DNA of 64,000 nucleotides, taken from Acidobacteriota bacterium (lineage in GTDB: Bacteria; Desulfobacterota; Desulfovibrionia; Desulfovibrionales; Desulfovibrionaceae). Where the stretch lies: positions 27,059 through 91,058 of the forward strand of contig JBKICU010000036.1 in NCBI GenBank assembly GCA_046566965.1, given 5' to 3'. Of the stretch, positions 11,792-21,784 are shown piece by piece (position 1 is the stretch's first letter; the number at the start of each line of letters is the position of its first letter). A program made the translations under genes and the position numbers. The notes under the pieces are model-generated. The model searched no databases and was not told the origin of the DNA. It saw only the letters and a program-made list of their open reading frames with translations.

Positions 11792-13642
11792 ATGCACGTA
11801 ATTTTTCGCATTTTGGCCCTGCTGCTCATGTTGGCCGCCCCTTGCCAGGCGCAGCCGACGCCAGTGACCGTGAGCTGGGAACTGTCCGCGCTTCCCGCGG
11901 GACCCGGAGGAGGCGCAGGCGCGCCTTCCCTGGTGGCCATCCTGTGGCTCACGCCCGCGCCCGGATACAAAGCCTACGCCAACGACCCCGGCCAGGCAGG
12001 AATGCCCACCCGCGCCCAGGTGCGCCTGACCCCCACCGGGCAGAACCTGCCGGTGCTCTATCCGGCGGGAAAGACCGGCCTGGACCTCTACGAGAAGGAC
12101 AAGACGGTCAACGTCTACGACGTACCCACGCCGCTCTTCGTGCCGGTCCCCGAAAACGCGCCGCCCGGCTTCGGCCTTGAGGCCTCGGTGAGCCTCCTGG
12201 CCTGCACCGCCACCAGCTGCTGGCCCATGCAGCTGGAATCGAGCTTTTCCTCGCGGGAGGTCCCGGTTCCCGCGCCAGCGGACAAACAGACCTGGTGGCC
12301 CGTTTTTGCCGGGCTTGCCGCCGCGGCTCCGGGCACGCCCGAGCCCGTGCGGGAGACGATAGCCACGGTGGACAAGGCAGCAAAAGAGTCCGCCTCGTCC
12401 TGGAACTTCTCGCCGCGTTCCGTGCAGCCCCACCTGGAGGTGGACGGCCTGTTGAAGGCGCTGCCCCTGGCCATCCTGGCCGGATTCCTCCTGAACCTCA
12501 TGCCCTGCGTGCTGCCCGTGGCCTGCCTGAAGCTCTCGAGCCTCCTGGCCGCCTGCAGCCACGGCGAAATCCGGGACCGTTACAAGCGCATCCGCGAGCA
12601 CAACACCTGGTTCGCTCTGGGCATCCTGGGCTACTTCTGCCTGCTGGCCGTTGTGCTTGGTCTGGCCGGGCTGGCCTGGGGCCAGTTCTTCCAGCAGCCG
12701 GGGCTGGTGTTCGGAGCGGCGGCGGTGCTTTTTTCCATGGGGCTGTCCCTGTTCGGAGTGTTTCACCTGCCGGTGATCGATCTGAAAATCGCGACGCATC
12801 CCGGCCACAGCCCAAGAACCCAGGCCCTGGCCACGGGGTTCCTGGCCACGCTCCTGGCCACGCCCTGTTCGGGACCGTTCCTGGGCGGCGTGCTGGCCTG
12901 GACGCTCATGCAGCCTGTCGCCGTGATCATGACCGTGTTCGTGGGCATCGGCCTGGGCATGGCGCTTCCCTATCTGGTGCTGGCCGCACGGCCGGAGCTG
13001 ACCCGCTTCGTGCCGCGCCCGGGAGCCTGGATGAGCCAGCTGGAGAAGCTGGCCGGGTTCCTCATCATGGCCACCTGCCTGTATTTCCTGGCGATCCTGC
13101 CTCAGCCCCTGCTGGTCCCGGCCCTGGGCGCGCTCCTGGTGGTGGCCTTCGCCTGCCACGCCTGGGGCAGCTGGACCAACCTGTCGCAGGGCGCGTTCAC
13201 CCGCTGGTCCATCCGGTTCGCGGCCCTGGTGGTGTCGGTGGCCGCCTGCGCCTGGGCCGTGTCGCCGCCTGCGCCCGTGGGGGACGTCTGGACGAACTAC
13301 GACAAGGCGGCGTTCAACCGGGCGCTCGGGCAGGAAAACATGCTCCTGGATTTCACGGCGGACTGGTGCCCCACCTGCAAGGCCCTGGAAAAGACCGTGC
13401 TGGCTCCGGGAGCAGTGGCCGCGCTCCAGAAACGCTACGGCTTCACGGCCATCCGCGTGGACCTGACCCGCGAGGATCCCGAGACCATGGCGCTTCTGCG
13501 TTCGCTTGGCTCGGCCTCCATCCCGGTGGCGGCCATGTTCCCAAAGGGGGACGCCTCGGCGCGGCCCGTGGTGCTCCGGGACCTGTTCACGGCCACCCAA
13601 TTGGAAGACGCCCTGAAAGAGGCTTTCACCGATGCGAAATAA
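11792..13642 (+). CDS. DsbD/ScsB-like thiol:disulfide interchange protein
   Basis: Signal peptide, N-domain CTATSC, NLMPCVLP and ATPCSGP TM motifs, thioredoxin FTADWCPTC. Confidence 0.88.
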   Translation: MHVIFRILALLLMLAAPCQAQPTPVTVSWELSALPAGPGGGAGAPSLVAILWLTPAPGYKAYANDPGQAGMPTRAQVRLTPTGQNLPVLYPAGKTGLDLYEKDKTVNVYDVPTPLFVPVPENAPPGFGLEASVSLLACTATSCWPMQLESSFSSREVPVPAPADKQTWWPVFAGLAAAAPGTPEPVRETIATVDKAAKESASSWNFSPRSVQPHLEVDGLLKALPLAILAGFLLNLMPCVLPVACLKLSSLLAACSHGEIRDRYKRIREHNTWFALGILGYFCLLAVVLGLAGLAWGQFFQQPGLVFGAAAVLFSMGLSLFGVFHLPVIDLKIATHPGHSPRTQALATGFLATLLATPCSGPFLGGVLAWTLMQPVAVIMTVFVGIGLGMALPYLVLAARPELTRFVPRPGAWMSQLEKLAGFLIMATCLYFLAILPQPLLVPALGALLVVAFACHAWGSWTNLSQGAFTRWSIRFAALVVSVAACAWAVSPPAPVGDVWTNYDKAAFNRALGQENMLLDFTADWCPTCKALEKTVLAPGAVAALQKRYGFTAIRVDLTREDPETMALLRSLGSASIPVAAMFPKGDASARPVVLRDLFTATQLEDALKEAFTDAK

Positions 13643-14021
13643 ATTCCTGGGCACGGGCCAGCCGGGGTTCAACCCCTGGCGCAAGCTGAAGGTCATCTTT
13701 TCGGGCCTGCGCTACGCCGTGTTCTACGACCTGTCCGTGGCCTACAAGGTGGTGTTGTCGGTGGCGGTGCTGGTGTTCGCCTTCGCCTACCGGGCCTGGG
13801 TGGATTTTTTGCTGGTGCTGCTGGCCACGGCGTTCATGCTGGCGGCAGAAATCTTCAACAGCTCCGTGGAGGCGATCTGCGACTATCTTCAGACCGCCAA
13901 GGACGAGAAGATAAAGGCCATAAAGGACATGGCGGCAGCAGCCACCGGGATGGCCATCCTGGCCTGGGTGCTGGTGATCGCCTTCGAGATTTTGGAAATA
14001 TTCGGATGGAGGATCGTGTGA
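13632..14021 (+). CDS. dgkA: Diacylglycerol/undecaprenol kinase family
   Basis: EIFNSSVEAICD, IKDMAAAA; three TM helices. Confidence 0.85.
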   Translation: MRNKFLGTGQPGFNPWRKLKVIFSGLRYAVFYDLSVAYKVVLSVAVLVFAFAYRAWVDFLLVLLATAFMLAAEIFNSSVEAICDYLQTAKDEKIKAIKDMAAAATGMAILAWVLVIAFEILEIFGWRIV

Positions 14022-14494
14022 CCCAGATGAAGTCCGACCAGTCAGAGCCTGAACAAAAGCCCGAAAGAAAACGCCCGCTCGATCCGCGCACCGGAGCAGT
14101 CATCCTGTTTGGATCGCTGGCCGTGGCGGCGGTGGTCACCTGGGCCTTGTCACTGGCCTTTCCCATCGACCAGGAGACGCTTGGGCGGTTCAATCCCCCG
14201 CCCACCAGTGACGGCGCGTGGATGATGATCGGCTCCTGGACCGTGTTCCCGCTGGTGCTGGGCGCGGCCTTCCTGCTGCTGGCCCGGGGCGTGGACGTGA
14301 TGCTCCAGGTGTACGCCTTTGCGGGCGTGACCTATTTTCTGCAAAGCTGGGCCGAGTTCAAGGCCCGCGAGGACATTTCCCTGTGGGCGGAGCTGGCTTT
14401 CACCGCCGCGGCGACGCTTATCTTCCACGCCTTGGCCAAGCGCCATGCTCCGCCCGCAAAGCCGGACGGGGACGAATCAGAGTCCGCGTCCTGA
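14018..14494 (+). CDS. Hypothetical 4-TM membrane protein
   Basis: GTG start overlapping dgkA stop after GGAGG; hydrophobic segments. Confidence 0.6.
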   Translation: MTQMKSDQSEPEQKPERKRPLDPRTGAVILFGSLAVAAVVTWALSLAFPIDQETLGRFNPPPTSDGAWMMIGSWTVFPLVLGAAFLLLARGVDVMLQVYAFAGVTYFLQSWAEFKAREDISLWAELAFTAAATLIFHALAKRHAPPAKPDGDESESAS

Positions 14495-15532
14495 GAGCAG
14501 CCAGAAATCGGCCAGGGTCAGGCAGACCATGGCCTCCAGAACAGGGTTGATGCGCGGCACGGCGCAGATGTCGTGCCGTCCGCCCACGGTGATGGTGGTG
14601 GCCTCGCCCGAGGTCGTCACCGTGCGCTGCTCCAGGGCCACAGAGGGGATGGGCTTCACCGCGCAGCGCACCACCACGTCCTGGCCGGAGCTTATGCCGC
14701 CCAGCACTCCGCCCGCCCGGTTGGAGGCGAAGCCCTCCGGGGTGATGGCGTCGTTGTTTTTCGATCCGTAATTTCTCGCGGCCTGCAAGCCTTCCCCGAT
14801 CTCCACGGCCTTCACCGCACCCACGCCCATGAGCGCATAAGCCAGACGCGCGTCCAGCTTGTCGAACACCGGCTCGCCAAGCCCGGCGGGCAGGCCGCTG
14901 GCCGTGACGCAGACAACCGCGCCCAGGGTGTCGCCCTCTTCCTTGGTCTGGCGCACGCGATCCTCCCAGATTTCCACCACGTGGTCGTCCGGGGCGTAGA
15001 AGGGGCGGGTGTGGGCGTTCAGGATGTCGAAGCAGTGGGCGGGAATGTCGCCCAGTTCCTTGGTGTAGGAATAGACCGTGATGCCGTGGCGCTGCAGCAG
15101 CAGCCGGGCTATCTCGCCGCCGACAACGCGGGCTGCGGTCTCGCGGCCCGAGGCGCGCCCGCCGCCGCGGTAGTCGCGCAGGCCGTATTTGGCCTGGTAG
15201 GTGAAGTCCGCGTGTCCGGGGCGGAACACGTCCTTGATGGCGGAGTAGTCGCGGGAGCGCTGGTCGGTGTTTTCGATGACGAACCCGATGGACGTGCCCG
15301 TGGCCACGCCTTCGAACACGCCCGAGAGCAGGCGTACCGCATCGGGTTCCTTGCGGGCGGTGGAACCAGGGCCGCCCTGTCCGGGCCGTCGCCTGTCCAG
15401 GGCTTCCTGGATGAGCTCGGGCGTGATGGGGAGCCCGGCGGGGCAGCCGTCGATGATGCCGCCGAGTGCCGGGCCGTGGGATTCGCCGAATGTGGTGAGC
15501 CTGAAAAGGCGTCCGATGGTGTTTCCGCTCAT
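14477..15532 (-). CDS. aroC: Chorismate synthase
   Basis: TFGESHG, RPGHAD, RGGGRASGRET, GGRHD. Confidence 0.98.
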   Translation of the reverse strand: MSGNTIGRLFRLTTFGESHGPALGGIIDGCPAGLPITPELIQEALDRRRPGQGGPGSTARKEPDAVRLLSGVFEGVATGTSIGFVIENTDQRSRDYSAIKDVFRPGHADFTYQAKYGLRDYRGGGRASGRETAARVVGGEIARLLLQRHGITVYSYTKELGDIPAHCFDILNAHTRPFYAPDDHVVEIWEDRVRQTKEEGDTLGAVVCVTASGLPAGLGEPVFDKLDARLAYALMGVGAVKAVEIGEGLQAARNYGSKNNDAITPEGFASNRAGGVLGGISSGQDVVVRCAVKPIPSVALEQRTVTTSGEATTITVGGRHDICAVPRINPVLEAMVCLTLADFWLLSGRGL

Positions 15533-15660
15533 GGGCGGGCACGCTAGCCTGGATGGGGGGGCCGGGGCAAGGGGCTATCTGATGTGATGTGCCTTGAACC
15601 GTTCGATTTCATGGCGCATCGGGTTGCGGTTTACGGCTGCGGGTGCCGGGACCGGGGTTT

Positions 15661-15987
15661 CTACCTGACGAGGCGCGCCAGCAGCAGATCGCCCAGGTCG
15701 CGGCGCGAATCCAGCACGGCATGGACGTAAACGTCCTCGCCCCGGACTTCGTAGATGATGCGGTAGGGGCCGGAGTGGATTTCCCGGTAGGTCTGCACGC
15801 CCGTGAGGAGCATTTCGGGTGTGTAGCGCCCACGATGTGGCATTTCCGCCAGGGAGGCGCATGCCGCGCTGATTATGTTCAAGACGGCGTCTGCCGCTTC
15901 CAGAGAATCATTGTCCGTCAGGAACGCGTCGATTTCATCGAGATCCTGCTCGGCGTCGATGATGAACCGAAGGCTGAAGGTCGCCAC
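15661..15987 (-). CDS. RelE/ParE family toxin
   Basis: AEQDLDEI, L.EMPHRGR, YRIIYEV, V.AVLDSRRD; directly downstream of an antitoxin. Confidence 0.85.
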   Translation of the reverse strand: MATFSLRFIIDAEQDLDEIDAFLTDNDSLEAADAVLNIISAACASLAEMPHRGRYTPEMLLTGVQTYREIHSGPYRIIYEVRGEDVYVHAVLDSRRDLGDLLLARLVR

Positions 15988-16262
15988 TATCGGCCCGACC
16001 TTTTCCTTCTGATGTCGGCGAACACCTCATCCGCCGCTCGGTGCTTCCCTTCTTCCAGATTCTTTGAACTGCGCGCGAGAATCTTCACCATGGCGAGGCT
16101 CTGCTGAATCTGATCGTACTCACGAACGTCCATGAGCACGGCCTTGGCTTCGCCGTTCTGGGTGATGACGACGGGCTGGCCGTCTTCAGATATCTTGCGG
16201 ATGATCTCGGCGGCGTTGGCTTTGACGTAGCTTATGGGCTTTACGGCCTGGGCAAGTTTCAT
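15987..16262 (-). CDS. Phd/YefM family antitoxin
   Basis: KPISYVKANAAEII, PVVITQNGEAKAVL; start placed at MKLAQ after GGAGG. Confidence 0.88.
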   Translation of the reverse strand: MKLAQAVKPISYVKANAAEIIRKISEDGQPVVITQNGEAKAVLMDVREYDQIQQSLAMVKILARSSKNLEEGKHRAADEVFADIRRKRSGR

Positions 16263-16313
16263 GGTACGCCTCCTCTGGGGTGCGACCAAATTACGACTGA
16301 ATTGAGTTCGCGT

Positions 16314-16351
16314 CAAACAAAACGGCCCGGAAGCTTCCGCTTCCGGGCCGT
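16314..16351 (-). terminator. Rho-independent terminator after lon
   Basis: ACGGCCCGGAAG/CTTCCGGGCCGT 12-bp stem followed by TTTGTTT on the minus strand. Confidence 0.7.
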
Positions 16352-16396
16352 CCGTATTTCCTCGATGGCGCGGGCCGTTCCTGCCGCGCGTCGGCC

Positions 16397-18907
16397 TTAC
16401 TTGTCGGTCTTCTCTTCAGCCTTCTTGTCAGCGGCCCTTTTCTCGGCAGCCTTTTTGGCTTTTTCGTCCTCGGCCTTCTGGGCTTCGGTCTTGGTGCCGC
16501 AGGCCAGGGGCCACACTTCGTCGATCTGGTCGATGAGCTGCACCTTGATCTTGCCGCGCAGGTCCGCCGGGATGTCCGCCAGGTCCTTTTCGTTGCGCGA
16601 GGGGATGAGCACCCGCTTCATGCCGGCAGCCACGGCGGCCAGGATCTTCTCCTTGATGCCGCCAACCGGCAGCACGCGCCCGCGCAGGCTTATCTCGCCG
16701 GTCATGGCGATGTCGTTGCAGATGGGCGTGTTGGTCAGCGCCGAGATGAGCGCCGTGACCAGGGTCACGCCAGCCGAAGGCCCGTCCTTGGGGGTCGCGC
16801 CTGCGGGAATGTGGATATGCACGTCGTGCTTTTCCAGGAAGGCGGGGTCGATGCCCAGCTTCTCGGACTTGGAGCGCGCGTAGGACATGGCTGCCTGGGC
16901 CGATTCCTTCATCACGTCGCCGAGCTTGCCGGTCATGATGAGCCCGCCCTTGCCGGGCATGGTGGTCACCTCGATGTGCAGGATCACGCCGCCCACGGGG
17001 GTCCAGGCCAGGCCCACGGCCACGCCCGGCGGCAGCTCGCGCTCGGTCTCCTCGTCCTGGTATGTGGGGATGCCGAGGAGCTTGGGCAGCATCTTGGCGG
17101 TCACCTTGAAGGGGCCTTTCTCGCCCTCGGCCTTCTTGCGGGCCAGCTTGCGGCAGATGGAGCCCACTTCGCGCTCCAGGTTCCGAAGGCCCGCCTCGCG
17201 GGTGTATTCGCGGATGGTCTTGGCCAGCACCTGGTCGGTCATCTCCAGGTCGGACTTCTTGAGCCCGTTCTCCTTGATCTGGCGCGGCAAGAGGTACTTG
17301 CGCGCGATCTTCACCTTCTCCTGCTCGGTGTAGCCGGGGATGCGGATGACCTCCATGCGGTCCAGGAGCGGGCCGGGGATGGTGTCCAGCATGTTGGCCG
17401 TGCACACGAACATCACCTTGGACAGGTCGAAGGGCACACCCAGGTAGTGGTCCTGGAAGGAGAAGTTCTGTTCGGGGTCCAGCACCTCAAGCAGCGCCGA
17501 GGTGGGGTCGCCCCGGTAGTCCGCGCCGACCTTGTCGATCTCGTCCATCATGATGACCGGGTTCTTGGTTCCGGCGCTCTTGATGGACTGGATGATGCGG
17601 CCCGGCATGGCCCCGATGTAGGTGCGGCGATGCCCCCTGATCTCGGCCTCGTCGCGCATGCCGCCAAGCGACATCCGCACGAACTTGCGCCCGAGCGATC
17701 TGGCTATGGACCGCCCAAGGCTGGTCTTGCCGACGCCCGGAGGCCCGACGAAGCACAAAATGGGGCCTTTCATCTTGGGGTTCAATTTGCGCACCGAGAG
17801 ATACTCCAGGATGCGTTCCTTGACCTTCTCCAGGCCGTAGTGGTCCTCCTGGAGGAAGGCGTGGGCCTGTTTGATGTCCAGGCGGTCCTTGGACATCTTC
17901 TTCCAGGGAAGCTCGGTGAGCCAGTCGAGATACGTGCGGATGACAGAGGCTTCGGACGAATCCGGGTGCATGGAGGACAGCCGCTTGAGCTGCTTGTCGG
18001 CCTCGGGCCTGACGTCCTTGGGGAGCCCGGCCTTTTCGATGGCCTGGCGAAGCTCTTCGAGCTCCTCGGTCTCCTCCTGGCCCTCGCCCAGTTCCTTGCG
18101 GATGGCCTTCATCTGCTCGCGCAGGAAGAAGTCCTTCTGGGCCTTGTCCATGCCTTCCTTGGCCATGGACTGGATCTTGGCCTGCATGGAGGCGACCTCC
18201 ACCTCCTTGTTGAGTTGGGTGTTCACCAGCTCCAGGCGCTCCACCGGGTCCAGGGTCTCCAGGATCTTCTGGGCCTCCTCGACCTTCATGCGCAGGTTGG
18301 AGGCGATGAGGTCCGCCAGGCGGCCAGGTTCGTTCACCGAGTTCAGCACGCTCATGATGTCGGTGGCGGAGATGCCGCGCAGGGACAGAATCTTCTCGCT
18401 CTGTTCGCGGGCGGCGCGCATCATGGCTTCCTCGCCCACGCCCACTTCCTTGAGCTCGGTCTCTTCCAGCACCTCGGCCACGGCCTCCAGATGCGGTTCG
18501 GTCTTGGTGAACCGGCGCACGCGGGCGCGCGTCAGGCCCTGCACCAGCACCTTCAGGCGTCCGTCGGGCATCTTCAGCATGCGCATGATCATGCCCACCG
18601 TGCCGGTGACGTACAGGTCGTCCGGTCCGGGCTCGTCCACCTTCTCGTCCTTCTGGGTGAGGATGAGGATGTAGCGGTTGGAGTTGAGCGCGGCGTCCAC
18701 GGCGGCCACCGATTTTTCCCGGCCCACGAACAGCGGCAGGATCATGTAGTTGAAAACCACGATGTCGCGCACCGGAAGGACGGGCAGGATGGCCGGAATG
18801 TCCAGCTTGGCCTGATCCGGTCCCGGAGCGGACGGGTCCTCGGACACGGGGTGCTCCACGGGCTCTTCGGGCAGAACGGTGAGGATGGGTTCGTTTTCTA
18901 TGGTCAT
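16397..18907 (-). CDS. lon: ATP-dependent protease La (canonical Lon)
   Basis: N-domain LPVLPVRD, Walker A GPPGVGKTS, PKDGPSAG catalytic Ser, GGIKEK Lys. Confidence 0.98.
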   Translation of the reverse strand: MTIENEPILTVLPEEPVEHPVSEDPSAPGPDQAKLDIPAILPVLPVRDIVVFNYMILPLFVGREKSVAAVDAALNSNRYILILTQKDEKVDEPGPDDLYVTGTVGMIMRMLKMPDGRLKVLVQGLTRARVRRFTKTEPHLEAVAEVLEETELKEVGVGEEAMMRAAREQSEKILSLRGISATDIMSVLNSVNEPGRLADLIASNLRMKVEEAQKILETLDPVERLELVNTQLNKEVEVASMQAKIQSMAKEGMDKAQKDFFLREQMKAIRKELGEGQEETEELEELRQAIEKAGLPKDVRPEADKQLKRLSSMHPDSSEASVIRTYLDWLTELPWKKMSKDRLDIKQAHAFLQEDHYGLEKVKERILEYLSVRKLNPKMKGPILCFVGPPGVGKTSLGRSIARSLGRKFVRMSLGGMRDEAEIRGHRRTYIGAMPGRIIQSIKSAGTKNPVIMMDEIDKVGADYRGDPTSALLEVLDPEQNFSFQDHYLGVPFDLSKVMFVCTANMLDTIPGPLLDRMEVIRIPGYTEQEKVKIARKYLLPRQIKENGLKKSDLEMTDQVLAKTIREYTREAGLRNLEREVGSICRKLARKKAEGEKGPFKVTAKMLPKLLGIPTYQDEETERELPPGVAVGLAWTPVGGVILHIEVTTMPGKGGLIMTGKLGDVMKESAQAAMSYARSKSEKLGIDPAFLEKHDVHIHIPAGATPKDGPSAGVTLVTALISALTNTPICNDIAMTGEISLRGRVLPVGGIKEKILAAVAAGMKRVLIPSRNEKDLADIPADLRGKIKVQLIDQIDEVWPLACGTKTEAQKAEDEKAKKAAEKRAADKKAEEKTDK

Positions 18908-18940
18908 GGATCGCTCCTTGGTAGCGACTGATGCTTTATG

Positions 18941-19216
18941 CTAATGCTTTATCTGGAAATCCGGGTAATCCGGCTCGCCGTCGATAAGATCCGTCACGAC
19001 ATGGTCAACCCGGCTCAAAAGCGGCCCTTTGCGCAGGCTGCGGAGAAAGGCGTCCCGGGCGTGGTCCAGCCCCTGGACAAGAACTTCCACGCGTCCGTCG
19101 GGCAGGTTGCGCGCCCAGCCGCACAGCCCAAGCTCCAGGGCCCGGCGGAACACGAAGGCCCGGAAACCGACCCCCTGCACGCGTCCGCTCACCAGACAGT
19201 GAAGACTTTTTCCCAT
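18941..19216 (-). CDS. acyP: Acylphosphatase
   Basis: VSGRVQGVGFR, GWARNLPDGRVE. Confidence 0.92.
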   Translation of the reverse strand: MGKSLHCLVSGRVQGVGFRAFVFRRALELGLCGWARNLPDGRVEVLVQGLDHARDAFLRSLRKGPLLSRVDHVVTDLIDGEPDYPDFQIKH

Positions 19217-19298
19217 GCTCTCCCCCTGGTCGTTGCCGGGTTTCCGGCCGCCCTCAGGCAACCGGGAAGCCCCGTCGGGATGAAAGCCTGGACCCACT

Positions 19299-19985
19299 CT
19301 ACATCAACCGGGCCTTCTTGAAACTGAAAAAATCCTTGCCCGCCACGATTACATGGTCGAGCACCTTCACGCCCAACCCGTGAGCGGCCAGCTTCACCTG
19401 CCGGGTGATCTCCCGGTCGGCTGCCGAGGGCTTGGGGTCGCCGCCAGGATGGTTGTGCACCATGACCAGCCCGGCAGCCTGACGCGTGAGAGCAAGGGCC
19501 AGGATTTCACGGGGATAGACCGGCGTCTGGTCCACGGTGCCCTGGCTTACGCGCTCCCAGCCGAGCACCTTGTTGGCTCCGTCCAGCAGAAGCACCCAGA
19601 ACTCTTCGGCGGGAAGATGCCCCAGGCGCTCGCGGGCCAAATCGGCCACGACTTTGGGGTCGTCCACCAGCACCCGTTCTCGCACGTCCTGTTCGCCCAG
19701 GCGGGCCAGGAATTCGCGCCACAGCGTCCAGAACGCCAAAAGGCCCTCGCCCATGCCGTCCAGGCCGATAAGTTCGGTGTCGCGTGCCTGATACACGCCG
19801 CGCAGGCTCCCGAAGCGGTCCAGCAGGGCCTTGGCCAGGGGTTTGTTGTCCTTGCGGGGGTTGGCGTAGCCCAGGAGCAATTCAAGGATCTCGTAGTCCG
19901 CCAGCGAGCGGGAATCCTGGCGCAGACGGTCTTTCAGGCGGCTGCGGTGTCCCAGGTAGTGCGGACGATCCTTTTTTGTAAGCAT
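19299..19985 (-). CDS. radC: RadC/JAB domain protein
   Basis: GHRSRL, DYEILELLL, HNHPGG.P.PS.AD, LDHVIV. Confidence 0.93.
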   Translation of the reverse strand: MLTKKDRPHYLGHRSRLKDRLRQDSRSLADYEILELLLGYANPRKDNKPLAKALLDRFGSLRGVYQARDTELIGLDGMGEGLLAFWTLWREFLARLGEQDVRERVLVDDPKVVADLARERLGHLPAEEFWVLLLDGANKVLGWERVSQGTVDQTPVYPREILALALTRQAAGLVMVHNHPGGDPKPSAADREITRQVKLAAHGLGVKVLDHVIVAGKDFFSFKKARLM

Positions 19986-20096
19986 GCTCCTGCCTTTGCG
20001 CAAGTCCTGAAGGCGGATTCGAGGCAAAAAGATGGAAAAACCAACCCTGAGGGAAAGGAGTACTGGAATCCGGCCTGCTTTTCAAAGGATAATAGG

Positions 20097-21080
20097 TCAG
20101 GATCGGGATCTGACCCGTGCGAACAGCAGGTGCAGGTCGGCCACCAGCATTTCCATGGCCTGATCGGGCGACTTGATGCCGGACTTCACCGAGGATTCGG
20201 CGTCCATGGCCAGGTCGAACAGCCGGGCCAAACCTGCGGGGCCAAGGCGCGAGGCCATGGGGGTCTTCAGCTTCTTCACGTAGGGATGCACCCTGCATTC
20301 CGGGTCTTCGTGCAGGAGCTGCCACATGGTCCGGGCCTCGCGGGTGAGGATGGCCAGGAACTGGAACAGGAAGCCGTCGTCGCTGGAGAGCTGGTGTCCG
20401 AACACGGTGCGCCACACGCCCGCCGCGTCGCGCCCTTCCTCCAGGGCCTTCAGGAACCCGAAGATGTCGAGTTCCGCCTCCTCGCTCAGAAGTTCCAGGA
20501 TGTCCTGGCCGATCACGCCGTCCGTGGCGGCCAGTTCCAGCTTTTCCAGCTCGCGGGCGCAGGCGGTCATGTCGCGCGGCAGCAGGCGCGCCAGCTCCTG
20601 GAGCACGCCCTTGCCGAAGTTCAGGCGGTGCACGCCCGCCCAGTCGCGCAGGGTGGGGATCATGTTCTCCTCGGTCAGCCCCGGAGAGATCCACACCCAG
20701 CCCTTTTTCTGCCCTACCTTCCAGTAGGGCCGCTCAGACAGGCCGCGCGGCAGGGACGGCCCCTTCTTGGGGTCGTGCTGGCCCTCCAGGCAGATGACCG
20801 GCCAGACGTGCTGGTTGAACCCCGCCAGCGGGCGCGCGAGCTTCTCCCAGAAGTCGGAGGTCAGGCCCTCGGCGCGCCTGAGCACCACGGCCTTGGGCTG
20901 GGCGAACAAGCTGACCGTGGCCAGGGCCTGCCAATAGGCCACGTCGAAGTCGTCGGCGTCGCCCCAGAACACCTGCCGGGCGAAGCCGCCGCCGGATGAG
21001 GCCATGAGCCGCTCCAAGTGGCGCTTGAGCATCTCGGGGTCCGGGCAGACCAGAAAGGAGAATCCGGGGCGGTCGGTCAT
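20097..21080 (-). CDS. holA: DNA polymerase III delta subunit
   Basis: SLFAQPKAVVLRRAE, RELEKL, HPYV.K, ESSVKSG; start at MTDRPGF. Confidence 0.75.
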   Translation of the reverse strand: MTDRPGFSFLVCPDPEMLKRHLERLMASSGGGFARQVFWGDADDFDVAYWQALATVSLFAQPKAVVLRRAEGLTSDFWEKLARPLAGFNQHVWPVICLEGQHDPKKGPSLPRGLSERPYWKVGQKKGWVWISPGLTEENMIPTLRDWAGVHRLNFGKGVLQELARLLPRDMTACARELEKLELAATDGVIGQDILELLSEEAELDIFGFLKALEEGRDAAGVWRTVFGHQLSSDDGFLFQFLAILTREARTMWQLLHEDPECRVHPYVKKLKTPMASRLGPAGLARLFDLAMDAESSVKSGIKSPDQAMEMLVADLHLLFARVRSRS

Positions 21081-21784
21081 GGGATTTTGGACGTCCTGTT
21101 GGTGGTGGTGTTGGTTCGGGAGCCGCTGGCAAAGGGCCGCGCGTCCAGCCGGAAGAGCGTGCGGCGCTTCCAGGCCTGGGCGAGCCAGCCGGTTTGCGCC
21201 ATCAGCAGATACAGCCAGGCCGGGAGCAGGGGCCTCGCGGCGAGGTCGACGGCCTCCTGCGGGATGGGCAGCCCGCGCGCCAGTGCGTCCCCGGCCAGCG
21301 CCAGGGCGCGGCGCAGGGGACGGGTGACGCGCCCGCGCGCTTCCAGGGGCTGGCCGTTCACCGCGCCGCCTGCGCCCACGCCGATGCCCCCGGCCCACTG
21401 GAGCCCGGCCCGTTTGGCGAAAAGGCGGCAGACGTCCAGACTCAGGGCCGTGTGTTCGGCTTCCGGAAATCCGCAGTTGAACACGGCGCACAGCCGTCTG
21501 ACCCGATCCTGCGGCGTGTCCTCTCCGGCCAGGAATTCCAGGGCGCGCATCACGGCGGCCGGGGGAGCGTCCACATACACGGGCGCTGCCAGCACCACCA
21601 GATCCGCTCCCAGGTACGCGCCCAGGAGCCGGGCGCGGCCTTCCTGGGTGTCCAGGAGTCCGGTCAGGCGAATGGTCTCGCACGCGAAGCCGTTGGCTGC
21701 GAGCGCGTCCAGGATGGCCTGCCCCAGCACCTGGGAGGTGTTCGTGTGGCGGGGGCTGCCCGCCAGGAGCAGGGCCTTGGTCAC
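21077..21784 (-). CDS. Flavodoxin-fold NAD(P)H-dependent oxidoreductase
   Basis: LAGSPR..NT, APVYVDAPP, NCGFPE. Confidence 0.75.
   Translation of the reverse strand: MTKALLLAGSPRHTNTSQVLGQAILDALAANGFACETIRLTGLLDTQEGRARLLGAYLGADLVVLAAPVYVDAPPAAVMRALEFLAGEDTPQDRVRRLCAVFNCGFPEAEHTALSLDVCRLFAKRAGLQWAGGIGVGAGGAVNGQPLEARGRVTRPLRRALALAGDALARGLPIPQEAVDLAARPLLPAWLYLLMAQTGWLAQAWKRRTLFRLDARPFASGSRTNTTTNRTSKIP

Noticed and set aside
15575-15616. Short minus-strand ORF MRHEIERFKAHHIR between the toxin gene and aroC
   Set aside because: Too short, no clear RBS or recognisable homology.
16397-16480. Lys/Ala/Glu-rich C-terminal tail of Lon
   Set aside because: Ordinary low-complexity extension with no evidence of a separate function.
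19299-19985. radC as a mobile-element marker
   Set aside because: Long form with N-terminal region, in a core holA-acyP-lon context.
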